Positions 1 through 7,628 of a stretch of DNA of 32,000 bases are shown here, piece by piece (positions within the stretch are counted from its first letter, which is position 1; every line of letters begins with the position of its first letter). Source of the stretch: Mycolicibacterium smegmatis (GTDB taxonomy: Bacteria; Actinomycetota; Actinomycetes; Mycobacteriales; Mycobacteriaceae); the NCBI RefSeq assembly GCF_001457595.1, contig NZ_LN831039.1, positions 60,001 through 92,000 of the forward strand. Reading direction: 5' to 3'. The translations under genes were made by a program, and so were the position numbers. Below the pieces are notes generated by a model. It searched no databases and was not told the DNA's origin. It saw nothing but the letters and a program-made list of their open reading frames with translations.

Positions 1-263
1 GACGACATTCGACTACATCGTCGTCGGCGCGGGCTCGGCACGCCGGCCTGGACCAGGGCTACTGCGGCTACCACGCCGTCGGCACCGCGGCCATGGGTCC
101 CGATGACGACGACGTGCTCGATACACGGCTGCGGGTGCGTGGTGTGGAAGGCCTTCGCGTGGTGGACTGTTCGGCGATGCCGACCATGGTGTCGGGAAAC
201 CTGAACGGCCCCATGATGGCGATGGCGTGGCGAGCCGCCGACCTGATCCTGCAGGACCGCTGA
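1..263 (+). pseudogene. GMC-family FAD oxidoreductase remnant: the N-terminal FAD motif joined almost directly to the C-terminal ~70 codons (internal deletion plus frameshift)
   Basis: Frame 2, nt 2-40, reads TTFDYIVVGAGSA, the GxGxxG start typical of choline-dehydrogenase-like GMC enzymes. Frame 3, nt ~42-263, reads AGLDQGYCGYHAVGTAAMGPDDDDVLDTRLRVRGVEGLRVVDCSAMPTMVSGNLNGPMMAMAWRAADLILQDR*, the conserved GMC C-terminus. The several hundred codons normally between them are missing, and the two pieces are in different frames (frame 2 stops at TGA 104-106). The 5' end runs off the window. Confidence 0.5.
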
Positions 264-269
264 GCCCGT

Positions 270-644
270 CTACGCCACGAGCAACAGCACCGCCGTCACC
301 ACCATGACCACCGCCGTCGCGAAGTGCACACCCCACGCAGCGGCCTTCGAGCCGCCGTTGGTGAGCACGATCGCGGTGTCGGCAAGCGGAATGACCGTGG
401 CGGCCAACAGCACCCAGCCGAGCAGATGGGTCGCCCCGGCGATCATGAGGACGATGACGATCAGGCCCGAGGCGATGTCGCGGACACCCTTGACGCTCAG
501 GTAGGCGCCGGTGGACCGCTGCGCGAGGTCGGGGACCACGCCGTAGCCGGCGGCCGCGACTCGCGGCGCGACGAGGAACCGCGCTCCGACGACGATGATG
601 GCTGCGGCGATGAGCCCGGACAGTATGTAGGCGGCAGTGGTCAT
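270..644 (-). CDS. small integral membrane protein, DUF4267-like (4 predicted TM helices)
   Basis: 124-aa ORF, strongly hydrophobic: MTTAAYILSGLIAAAIIVVGARFLVAP...GVRDIASGLIVIVLMIAG...VVMVVTAVLLLVA. GC3-rich codon usage. Same strand as the next two genes and tightly spaced with them. The family call is from memory of the DUF4267 pattern. Confidence 0.6.
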   Translation of the reverse strand: MTTAAYILSGLIAAAIIVVGARFLVAPRVAAAGYGVVPDLAQRSTGAYLSVKGVRDIASGLIVIVLMIAGATHLLGWVLLAATVIPLADTAIVLTNGGSKAAAWGVHFATAVVMVVTAVLLLVA

Positions 645-655
645 GGCAGTTCCTG

Positions 656-961
656 TCAGTGGATGGGAGAGCAGGCGGTCGGGTCCAGCGGGATGGCCTG
701 GACGTCGAGAATCTCGGTGACGTCGAAACCGTCCATGTCACACGCGAATTCGCGGCTGGACATGACGCGGTGGGTCAGCTCGTCGGGGTCGGCGGGGTAG
801 TGGATCAGAGCGACCAGGCGGTTCGCGTCCCGATCGGTCCACACGCCGTGTGTGGTGATCCCGAACGTGGCGAACGTGTCGACGTGGCGCGCCCAGTGCA
901 CGGTCGCGTACTGATGCAGCGCCGCAGGGGAGCGCAGCGTGTAGATCCTGAGCTGGAACAT
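656..961 (-). CDS. NIPSNAP-family protein
   Basis: The internal ATG at 961 gives MFQLRIYTLRSPAALHQYATVHWARHVDTFATFGITTHGVWTDRDANRLVALIHYPADPDEL..., the 'elRiYtl...' dimeric alpha-beta-barrel pattern of NIPSNAP. The longer ORF to 1084 adds an Arg/Cys/Trp-rich, non-protein-like extension that overlaps the upstream gene. The start lies 1 nt beyond the stop codon (963-965) of the upstream DUF1772 gene, with a single intervening base, implying an operon. Confidence 0.65.
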   Translation of the reverse strand: MFQLRIYTLRSPAALHQYATVHWARHVDTFATFGITTHGVWTDRDANRLVALIHYPADPDELTHRVMSSREFACDMDGFDVTEILDVQAIPLDPTACSPIH

Positions 962-962
962 C

Positions 963-1439
963 TCAGACCGCCAGCACCACGCACAGCGCGGCCACGGCCA
1001 CACCTTGCAGTACCGCGCGGGCGCCGATGACATGATCCCACTTCTCCTGCAGCGCACGGCCGTTCGACAAGGCCATGCCCGCATCGGCGGCGGCGGTGAG
1101 TTGCCGGTTGACCGGCGCGCTCACCCGCAGGTAGAGCGCAAGCCAGACCAGTAACAGCGCCAGGGCGGTCACCGCCGCGAACACCTGCGCCCAGTGCGCA
1201 GTCACCGCGGCCAACGCCACGCACGCCGCCGAGGCCACGATCCCGATCACCCCGGGCACGGGCATGCGGTGGTCACCGAACCGGTGCACGTGCCCCATCA
1301 CGCTCACCAATGCGCCGTCGTCGACCGACGCCAGCGCCGGGCGCAGCACGGCCGCGCAGAAGACATCGGTGCCGTACACCACCGCGGTGCCGAGCACCGC
1401 CAGTACAGCGGAGGCCTGGATGAGCAGGTCAAGGTTCAT
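963..1439 (-). CDS. DUF1772 (anthrone-oxygenase-like) membrane protein
   Basis: Start at ATG 1439: MNLDLLIQASAVLAVLGTAVVYGTDVFCAAVLRPALASVDD...RVSAPVNRQLTAAAD...KWDHVIGARAVLQGVAVAALCVVLAV. Four hydrophobic helices. The track ORF extends to 1778, but that extension runs antisense through the TetR gene and is not protein-like. Confidence 0.6.
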   Translation of the reverse strand: MNLDLLIQASAVLAVLGTAVVYGTDVFCAAVLRPALASVDDGALVSVMGHVHRFGDHRMPVPGVIGIVASAACVALAAVTAHWAQVFAAVTALALLLVWLALYLRVSAPVNRQLTAAADAGMALSNGRALQEKWDHVIGARAVLQGVAVAALCVVLAV

Positions 1440-1475
1440 GCTAGCGACGCTAACCCTGAAAGCGGACCGCGTCAA

Positions 1476-1504
1476 TAGCAGCGCTAGCGCATATAGCGCT
1501 GCTA
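1476..1504. promoter_or_regulatory. candidate TetR operator: perfect 11-bp inverted repeat with 7-bp spacer
   Basis: TAGCAGCGCTA (1476-1486), spacer gcgcata, TAGCGCTGCTA (1494-1504). The arms are exact reverse complements. It sits in the 75-bp divergent intergenic region between the DUF1772 operon (start 1439) and the TetR gene (start 1515). Confidence 0.5.
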
Positions 1505-1514
1505 CCATCGGGCC

Positions 1515-2078
1515 ATGTCCATCGAAGAGCGTCGGGAGCGCGAGCGTGCTGCCCGCCGGGAGCTGATCATCTCCACGGCACGACGACTGGCCGAGGCGGA
1601 AGGTTGGCAGGCCGTGACGACGCGACGGCTGTCCGCCGAGATCGAGTACAGCCAGCCGGTGCTGTACAAGCACTTCGCCGGTATGGAGGAACTCGCCGAT
1701 GCGGTGGCCCTCGACGGTTTCGGCGAGCTCGCCGAAGCGATGCGACAGGCCCGCAGAGGCGACGACCACCCGGACCATGCAGTCACCCGAATCGCGCAGG
1801 CCTATCTCGATTTCGCGCGCGCTAACCCGGCCGTCTACGACGCGATGTTCGCGCGCACGACAAATCTGCGCTTCGCCGCCGACGACACTCCGTCACCGCT
1901 CACCGAGGCCTTCGCGCAGTTGCGTGACGCCGTGGGCCGAAACGAAGACGCCGATACACTCACCGAGGTGCTGTGGGCCGCGCTGCACGGCCTGGTGATG
2001 CTCGGCCGGACTGGGCGGCTGCGGCCCGACCACGAAACCGAGCGTCTGCAACTGCTGGTCGATCGGATGTCCAGGTGA
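1515..2078 (+). CDS. TetR/AcrR-family transcriptional regulator
   Basis: 187 aa. The N-terminal HTH reads RELIISTARRLAEAEGWQAVTTRRLSAEIEYSQPVLYKHFAGMEEL, a typical TetR_N signature ending in 'lYkHF'. It is divergent from a membrane-protein operon. Confidence 0.85.
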   Translation: MSIEERRERERAARRELIISTARRLAEAEGWQAVTTRRLSAEIEYSQPVLYKHFAGMEELADAVALDGFGELAEAMRQARRGDDHPDHAVTRIAQAYLDFARANPAVYDAMFARTTNLRFAADDTPSPLTEAFAQLRDAVGRNEDADTLTEVLWAALHGLVMLGRTGRLRPDHETERLQLLVDRMSR

Positions 2079-2093
2079 GCTGGAACCCGTGCC

Positions 2094-2918
2094 CTACGCT
2101 GACAGCCCCAGCGTGTAGGCCGTCATCGACAACGAACCGTAGGTGTACCCGCTGACCAGCGTGTCGACGGAATCCATACTCCCCGAGGCGATTCCGGCGA
2201 AGTACAGGAACGGGATGAAGTGGTCGGGAGTGGGGACGGCCAGCGCGTAATCGCGGTGCGCGTCGAGCGTCGCGACCTCGGCGGGGGAGTCGAGAAGTCG
2301 TGCCGCGGCCGCCTCGTCGAAGCGCTGGGCCCAGTCGTACCCGGAGTCGGACAGCCGCGGGTCCATGCCGCGCAGGTTGTGGACGATGTTGCCGCTGGCG
2401 ACCACGAGCACGCCGCGTTCACGCAGTCCGGCGAGCTCGGCCCCGAGTCGCAGGTGGTAATCAGCGGGCTCGTTGGCGTTGATCGCCAATTGGACGACGG
2501 GAATCGACGCGTCGGGGAACGCGTGGACCAGCACCGACCAGGTGCCGTGGTCGATGCCCCAGCTGTCGACGTCGGCACCCACCCAGGTCGGGTGAACCAG
2601 ATCGCTGACTTCCTCGGCCAACTCGGGGAGCCCGGGCGCAGGGTATTCGACGTCGAACAGTTCTCGGGGGAAGCCGTAGAAGTCGTGGATGGTGCGCGGG
2701 TGCGGCATCGCGGTGACGGCCGTGGCGTTGATGTACCAGTGCGCGCTGACCACCAGGATCGCGCGCGGACGTGGCACCGCCTGCCCGAACCGCTTCCACG
2801 CAGCGGTGTAGCGGTTGGATTCGATGGCGTTCAACGGGCTGCCGTGGCCGACGAACGCTGCGGGCATGACGGACGGCACGTCTTCCAGGCTAGGACGTGT
2901 CGTCGACCACTGGTCCAC
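2094..2918 (-). CDS. class III extradiol dioxygenase, LigB/4,5-DOPA-dioxygenase (YgiD-like) family
   Basis: Motifs FVGHGSPLNA, VVSAHW, DHGTWSVL and SGNIVHNL match the YgiD/DODA family as I remember it. The longest ORF starts at GTG 2918. ATG 2867 (MPAAFVGHGSP) is an equally plausible, homology-consistent start. Confidence 0.8.
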   Translation of the reverse strand: MDQWSTTRPSLEDVPSVMPAAFVGHGSPLNAIESNRYTAAWKRFGQAVPRPRAILVVSAHWYINATAVTAMPHPRTIHDFYGFPRELFDVEYPAPGLPELAEEVSDLVHPTWVGADVDSWGIDHGTWSVLVHAFPDASIPVVQLAINANEPADYHLRLGAELAGLRERGVLVVASGNIVHNLRGMDPRLSDSGYDWAQRFDEAAAARLLDSPAEVATLDAHRDYALAVPTPDHFIPFLYFAGIASGSMDSVDTLVSGYTYGSLSMTAYTLGLSA

Positions 2919-3084
2919 CGGTTTGTCTGCCTGTCGAAACTCATGGAGTGACAGGACCCGGTGGCCCCGCTGGGGCTAATCTCGAGGCTGCCGGTCGGTT
3001 TTGTCGGGAGCACTGGAGGAGCGTTGGCGCAGTACTGCACCTGGCGCCGCACGCTGCCCACCACACCGGCTCCGGCGGCACGCG

Positions 3085-5163
3085 ATGGGGGAACGGGGGG
3101 AATTGGTGTCTGACCTGCACCCCTCCGACGATCACGACGCCGATCCCCGCCTTGCACCGCTGCTGGCCTGGCGACAGCAACTCGTGGACTCCGGCGCGGT
3201 GGCGCCCCGCAGCTTCAAGGAGGCGCATCTGCGCCTCGTGCTGCGATCCGGGCGAACCGATGTCGAGCAGATCCGCGCCATGCTCCCGGGTTCGGTCGCC
3301 GAGCACGCCGAGGAGATGGCGCGCATCCTGGCCGAGCTCACGCCGGCCGCCCCCGAACCGGACCCGCCGCCTGTTCCCGAGCCGCAGCCCGAACCCGAGC
3401 CGGGCCCGGGCAAGCACCGCAGCCCCGAGACCGACGAGCCGCCCGTCGCCACGACGACGGAGATCCCGATCCCCACAACCGGTTTCGCGCCGTTTCAGTT
3501 CAGCAGCCAGCAGGTGGCGTTGCACGACATCACGGTGCAGCGCACCGACGCCGCGGTGGAGCTGAGCTGGCCCCCGTACGAGGCGCCGGACGACGAAGCG
3601 GCCCGGGACATCTCCGTCGTGATGTACCGCGTCGTCAGTTCGGACGACCAGGCACCGTACTCGCCGGACCCCGCGCATCTGGTGGCGCTCACCGAGGAAC
3701 CCAAAGCCACCGACGAGCGGCAGCAGGTCAGCCCGGTGCGGCACTACCAGGTCTGGGTCAACGTCGGCGCCTCCGAGGCGGCCGCGCGCAAGACGCAACC
3801 CGTGCTGTACGCGACCGCGGTACTGGTCCGGCCGGTGACCGGGTTCGAGATCCGCGAAGACGCCGGCTGGGTCATCGGTCAGTGGACCGCACCGCCGGGA
3901 GTGACGGCCGTGCACGTGTTCCGGGTGCCCATCGACGAGGTCGACCGCGACGAGGCGCAGTACCGGATCCTGACGGCCGGCGAGAACCTGGCAGGATTCG
4001 TCGACACCGAACCGGTCCGCGGGCAGCGCTACCGCTATCGCGCGCGCTGCGCGGTCAACGTCGACGGTGTCGTGCGGTTGTCCGAGGCGGCCGAGGCCGA
4101 CGTCGAACTCGCCGCGGCGCTCATGCCCGTCACCGACCTGGTGGTCGAGACCGCGGCCGACGGTGCGTCGTGCGACCTGTCCTGGACCCCGCCCGCGGGT
4201 GGTCAGGTCGCGATCTACCGCAGCCAGAACGGCCCGAGTGCGGGCGCCGAGGCCATCGAGCTGCCGCAGGGCGCCCTCGAACAGGTCGGGCTGACGCCCG
4301 AACTGCGGGTCACCCAGGACCTCACCGAGGAGACCGGATCCGACGGGCGCCGCCGCGCCCGCCTGACCGGGGTGACGTGGCCCTCGGAGTGGAGCCGGGC
4401 GTACTTCACCCCGGTGACGCTGATGGGCGAACGCGCGATGCTGGGCCGGACGCTGTCGTCGGTGCGGACGGGCACGATCCGCGACATCGAACTCGCCGAA
4501 TACTGCAATAAACAGGTGCTGACCTTCGACTGGCCCGACGGCGCGGCAAGCGTCATCGTGTATCTCGCGCCCAAGGGCCACGATCCGCGGTCGGGCCTCG
4601 ACGGCAAATCCTTCGAGATCTCGCTCGAGGAGTACGAACGCTACGGCGGCATGCACCTCACCGGCCAGCTTCCGGTCGGTGGGTGCTCGCTGCACCTGGC
4701 GCCCGTGGCGTTCGCGGGCGGACGTCGCGTGGTCGGGGCGTTCTCCAGCATCGAGTACCGCGGTCTGCTGCGGCTGCAGTATGCGGTGCGAATCGGGCGC
4801 GACCCCAACGGTTTTCCCACCACGGCGACCATTGCGCTGCGCGCCGAGCAGAACGTGCCGGGCTCACCGGGATTCGTCCTCGTCAACAATCCGCAGCGGT
4901 TGCCGCTGAGCGTGCACGACGGTCACCCCGTCGACGTCGCGCCGCTGGACGCGCGCGGTCAGCTGGCCGACCACCCGAGCAAGGAGCTGCGCTGGTCGGC
5001 GCTGACCACATCGGGCGACGGAGAACTGTGGGCCGCCAACCTAAGTGGCCTGCAGGGCTGGATCCGGTTGTTCGTCAACATCGGATCGCCTGCGCAACTG
5101 CGGGTCATCGCGCTGCTGGACCCGCCGGTCGAGACCCTGCGACTCACCGCGGCCACGCTATGA
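3085..5163 (+). CDS. multi-domain protein: N-terminal helical region, Pro/Glu-rich linker, then ~5 tandem FN3/Ig-like beta-sandwich repeats; first gene of the GTPase triad (possible SaeA equivalent)
   Basis: 720-aa maximal ORF from 3001. Likelier starts are ATG 3085 or GTG 3106, the latter preceded by a G-rich RBS-like run at 3087-3100. The linker reads PEPDPPPVPEPQPEPEPGPG. Repeat signatures recur: VELSWPPYEA..VVMYRV, IGQWTAPPGVTAVHVFRV, CDLSWTPPAGGQVAIYRS, LTFDWPDGAASVIVYLAP. The stop TGA 5161-5163 overlaps the next ATG (5160). Confidence 0.7.
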   Translation: MGERGELVSDLHPSDDHDADPRLAPLLAWRQQLVDSGAVAPRSFKEAHLRLVLRSGRTDVEQIRAMLPGSVAEHAEEMARILAELTPAAPEPDPPPVPEPQPEPEPGPGKHRSPETDEPPVATTTEIPIPTTGFAPFQFSSQQVALHDITVQRTDAAVELSWPPYEAPDDEAARDISVVMYRVVSSDDQAPYSPDPAHLVALTEEPKATDERQQVSPVRHYQVWVNVGASEAAARKTQPVLYATAVLVRPVTGFEIREDAGWVIGQWTAPPGVTAVHVFRVPIDEVDRDEAQYRILTAGENLAGFVDTEPVRGQRYRYRARCAVNVDGVVRLSEAAEADVELAAALMPVTDLVVETAADGASCDLSWTPPAGGQVAIYRSQNGPSAGAEAIELPQGALEQVGLTPELRVTQDLTEETGSDGRRRARLTGVTWPSEWSRAYFTPVTLMGERAMLGRTLSSVRTGTIRDIELAEYCNKQVLTFDWPDGAASVIVYLAPKGHDPRSGLDGKSFEISLEEYERYGGMHLTGQLPVGGCSLHLAPVAFAGGRRVVGAFSSIEYRGLLRLQYAVRIGRDPNGFPTTATIALRAEQNVPGSPGFVLVNNPQRLPLSVHDGHPVDVAPLDARGQLADHPSKELRWSALTTSGDGELWAANLSGLQGWIRLFVNIGSPAQLRVIALLDPPVETLRLTAATL

Positions 5164-7628
5164 CGTCGCGGTTCGGTCAGCTGACGTACACGTCGTTCGA
5201 TGCGGTCGGCACGGTGGGCGGATGGCAGGTCAAGGAGACCAGCGATGCGCTGACACCCGAGGAGACCCAGCTGATGCTGGCCGGCGTGCGCACGGTGTTC
5301 CGCACGGTCGAACCCATGCCGGACTACCCGACGCCCGAGCAGCTCGAGGCGGCGCCGCGTCGGCTGGCCTACAGCCGCGTCGGCGAGACGTATGCGGCGT
5401 TGTGGCACACGGTTCCCGCGGGCGCGGACAGCACGGGACGTCCGGGCAACGTGTTCGCGCACGTGCTGCTCGACCGCACACCCGACGTCGCACCGCGTCA
5501 CCGCGCGATCCAGTGGTGGCGCTCACCGCACTGGTTGTGTCCGTACGGTGCGACCGCGGTGTCCCGCGCGGCGCTCGCCGAGCCCGGTGCGGAACCCGGC
5601 CGTGTGGTGACCAAAGACAGCGTGGTGGCGTTCGCGCTGGACACCACCACATGGCGCTTGGCGACGCTGTTCGGGCTGCTCGATGCGGTGGCCGCGGCGC
5701 TCGACGGCGGCCCCCCGGTGGTGCTCGGTGTGGAGTCTCCTGACAACGCGGCCCAGTGGATCGGTCTGCTGAGCTTCCTGATGTCGCCGGGAACCGCTGC
5801 GCAGCTGAGCTTCTCGACGTTCGACCGCGCCGATCAGCTCAACCCGCACAGCGGGCAGATGCTCAGTGCGGTGCCGCTCGAGGACCTCTCGGCGGTGCCG
5901 GCCGGCATGGTGGCCATCAGTGAGGCGGAGACCCTGTCGCTGGGCGAGCTCGGGGGAGAACCGCACCGCACCGCGGGCGGATACGCCATCGACGTGACGC
6001 CGTGGTCGGCGATGGCCCAGGTGGTGGTGCTGGATCCGGGTTCGGCGCGGCGCCTGCTCGACGACATCGACGCGGTCGCCGAACAGGTCCGCGATTCGGG
6101 CCTGCACCCGGCCTGGCCGATGGCGATGGCCGTGGCCGGCCGCGCCGAATTCGCCGACGCCGAGGAGGAGGCGCACGAGGTCATCGCGGCGCATTCACCG
6201 CCCGGGGTGGCGGTGGGATCGGCGGCCGCGCGCACGATCTCCGGCGTGTTGTCGGCCGCAGTCGGGACCACCACCGCCGACGCGTGGCGCGCCGTGCAGG
6301 AACTGCCGACGGGCCCCGGGGCGGTGTTCGCTGACACCACCTACCTGTGCCGCGCGGTGGCCGACGACGCATGGTTGTCGAATTCTGGTCCAATACCCTT
6401 GGGCCCGAGGATGTTTCACGGGAAACCAATCCCTCCGCCGCTGCGCACGGCGATCGGCGATGCCCTGAACCCGGGCCGGGGCCCGGAGCGATTGCTGCAG
6501 GTGGCCGACCTGCTGGTCCGCGCCGGTGTCGAGGACCCGCGGATCCGCACCACCCTGGTCGAGGACGTCGTGCCGCGTCTGGGGGACGCCGAGGTGCGCG
6601 AGCGCGTCGGCGCCGACGCGCGGCTCACGCTCGGGGCCGTGCTGCTGAACGACGGCGACGCGAACGGCACCGCCATCGACGATGGCCTGCTGGACTGGCT
6701 GGCCGACACCGCGCCGCTGCCGCCACCCGACGAACTCGCACAGGCCACGCCGTGGGACCGCACGTGGACCATCGCCGCACTGCGCGGTGTGCGGGCGCGG
6801 CGGCGCGGTACCGGCGGCGCAGGCCAGGACGCCGGTGCGCTCCTGTGGTGGCTGCGTGCGACCGGGTCGGCGGATTTCGAGCAGACCGCGACCGCCTCGG
6901 CGTGGAATCCAGAGGATCTGCTGCTGGCCATCGGCGCTGATCCGCTGCCCGGCGCGACCGCGGTCCGCACCCTCGTCGCCGCCGCTGATTCCCCGGCGCT
7001 GAACCGGTTGGCCGCCAAGGTCATCGACGAGAACGGGGACACCTTGGCCGTCGCATGTGCCGCGGTGCGCACCATCGAACCCACGGTGTGGTTGCAGCAG
7101 CGCTACGTCGAGACCCACCAGCACGCGTACGTGCCGCTGTGGGACGAGGTGCTCAGCGTCGTCGACCCCGCCGACGTGCACCCCGACTTCTCCACCCGGT
7201 TGCTGGCGTTCGCGCTGCTCGGCCTGTTCACGGGGCATCCGTACCCGCGGGCGTGCAGTGGCTTCGCGGCGTCGGACCGGCTCGGCGGTGAGGCGATCGA
7301 AAGGCTCATGCCGCTGGTCGGCGAGGGACATCTCGCGCCGCATGCCGTGGTGGCGATCAGCCTGCTGCGCGCGGCGGCCCCGCCCGATCCGTCCCATCCC
7401 GACGTCACGCTCGACGAACTCGCGGGCCATCTCGCCGAGCAGGTGGCCACCGGCATGGTCGGCGACGACAACGACGTCGAGGGCGTGGTCGCGGTGATGG
7501 CGCAACTCTCGGGTGACTCGGCCGAGCCCGCGTTACGTGGATACCGCAAAATGGTCACCAAACTCATGGCGCGGCGCCGGGATTCGCCCTCGCTGACCGC
7601 GCGGCTACGGGGAGGCAGGCAGGCATGA
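5160..7628 (+). CDS. large (822 aa) protein with N-terminal QLTYTS motif, possibly GTPase-associated protein 1 (GAP1)-like; second gene of the triad (possible SaeB equivalent)
   Basis: ATG 5160 lies in an ATGA overlap with the upstream stop. The N-terminus reads MTSRFGQLTYTSFDAVGTVGGWQVKETSDALTPEE...GRPGNVFAHVLLD. The remainder is Ala/Leu-rich and presumably helical. The track ORF extends upstream to 4683, but only as an Arg-rich off-frame overlap of the previous gene. The stop overlaps the next ATG (7625). Confidence 0.7.
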   Translation: MTSRFGQLTYTSFDAVGTVGGWQVKETSDALTPEETQLMLAGVRTVFRTVEPMPDYPTPEQLEAAPRRLAYSRVGETYAALWHTVPAGADSTGRPGNVFAHVLLDRTPDVAPRHRAIQWWRSPHWLCPYGATAVSRAALAEPGAEPGRVVTKDSVVAFALDTTTWRLATLFGLLDAVAAALDGGPPVVLGVESPDNAAQWIGLLSFLMSPGTAAQLSFSTFDRADQLNPHSGQMLSAVPLEDLSAVPAGMVAISEAETLSLGELGGEPHRTAGGYAIDVTPWSAMAQVVVLDPGSARRLLDDIDAVAEQVRDSGLHPAWPMAMAVAGRAEFADAEEEAHEVIAAHSPPGVAVGSAAARTISGVLSAAVGTTTADAWRAVQELPTGPGAVFADTTYLCRAVADDAWLSNSGPIPLGPRMFHGKPIPPPLRTAIGDALNPGRGPERLLQVADLLVRAGVEDPRIRTTLVEDVVPRLGDAEVRERVGADARLTLGAVLLNDGDANGTAIDDGLLDWLADTAPLPPPDELAQATPWDRTWTIAALRGVRARRRGTGGAGQDAGALLWWLRATGSADFEQTATASAWNPEDLLLAIGADPLPGATAVRTLVAAADSPALNRLAAKVIDENGDTLAVACAAVRTIEPTVWLQQRYVETHQHAYVPLWDEVLSVVDPADVHPDFSTRLLAFALLGLFTGHPYPRACSGFAASDRLGGEAIERLMPLVGEGHLAPHAVVAISLLRAAAPPDPSHPDVTLDELAGHLAEQVATGMVGDDNDVEGVVAVMAQLSGDSAEPALRGYRKMVTKLMARRRDSPSLTARLRGGRQA

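Noticed and set aside
13-741. 242-aa minus-strand ORF at the window start
   Set aside because: It overlaps the GMC remnant, the DUF4267-like gene (in a different frame) and the NIPSNAP gene. Its Arg/Pro/Ser-rich translation has no domain signature.
3029-3038. Perfect 10-bp palindrome GCAGTACTGC upstream of the GTPase triad
   Set aside because: Five-bp arms are expected by chance dozens of times in 32 kb. The flanks do not extend the symmetry, and the element may lie inside the coding region if the 3001 start is real.
2941-4695. 584-aa ORF on the minus strand
   Set aside because: It runs antisense to the FN3-array gene. Its translation is dominated by Arg/Gly/Ala/Pro/Val with no motifs, as expected for an off-frame shadow in high-GC DNA. 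The plus-strand frame has a coherent repeat and domain structure.
4683-5159. 159-codon N-terminal extension of the 981-aa track ORF
   Set aside because: The extension is Arg/Ala/Gly-rich (…RGVRGRTSRGRGVLQHRVPRS…) and lies entirely inside the preceding gene in another frame. ATG 5160 sits in a classic ATGA overlap and is followed at once by the conserved-looking N-terminal motif.
6195-7505. 436-aa minus-strand ORF (with other overlapping ORFs in 5523-7084)
   Set aside because: It is an antisense shadow of the 822-aa gene, with Arg/Gly-rich low-information sequence and no start context. The plus-strand gene is supported by ATGA coupling at both ends.
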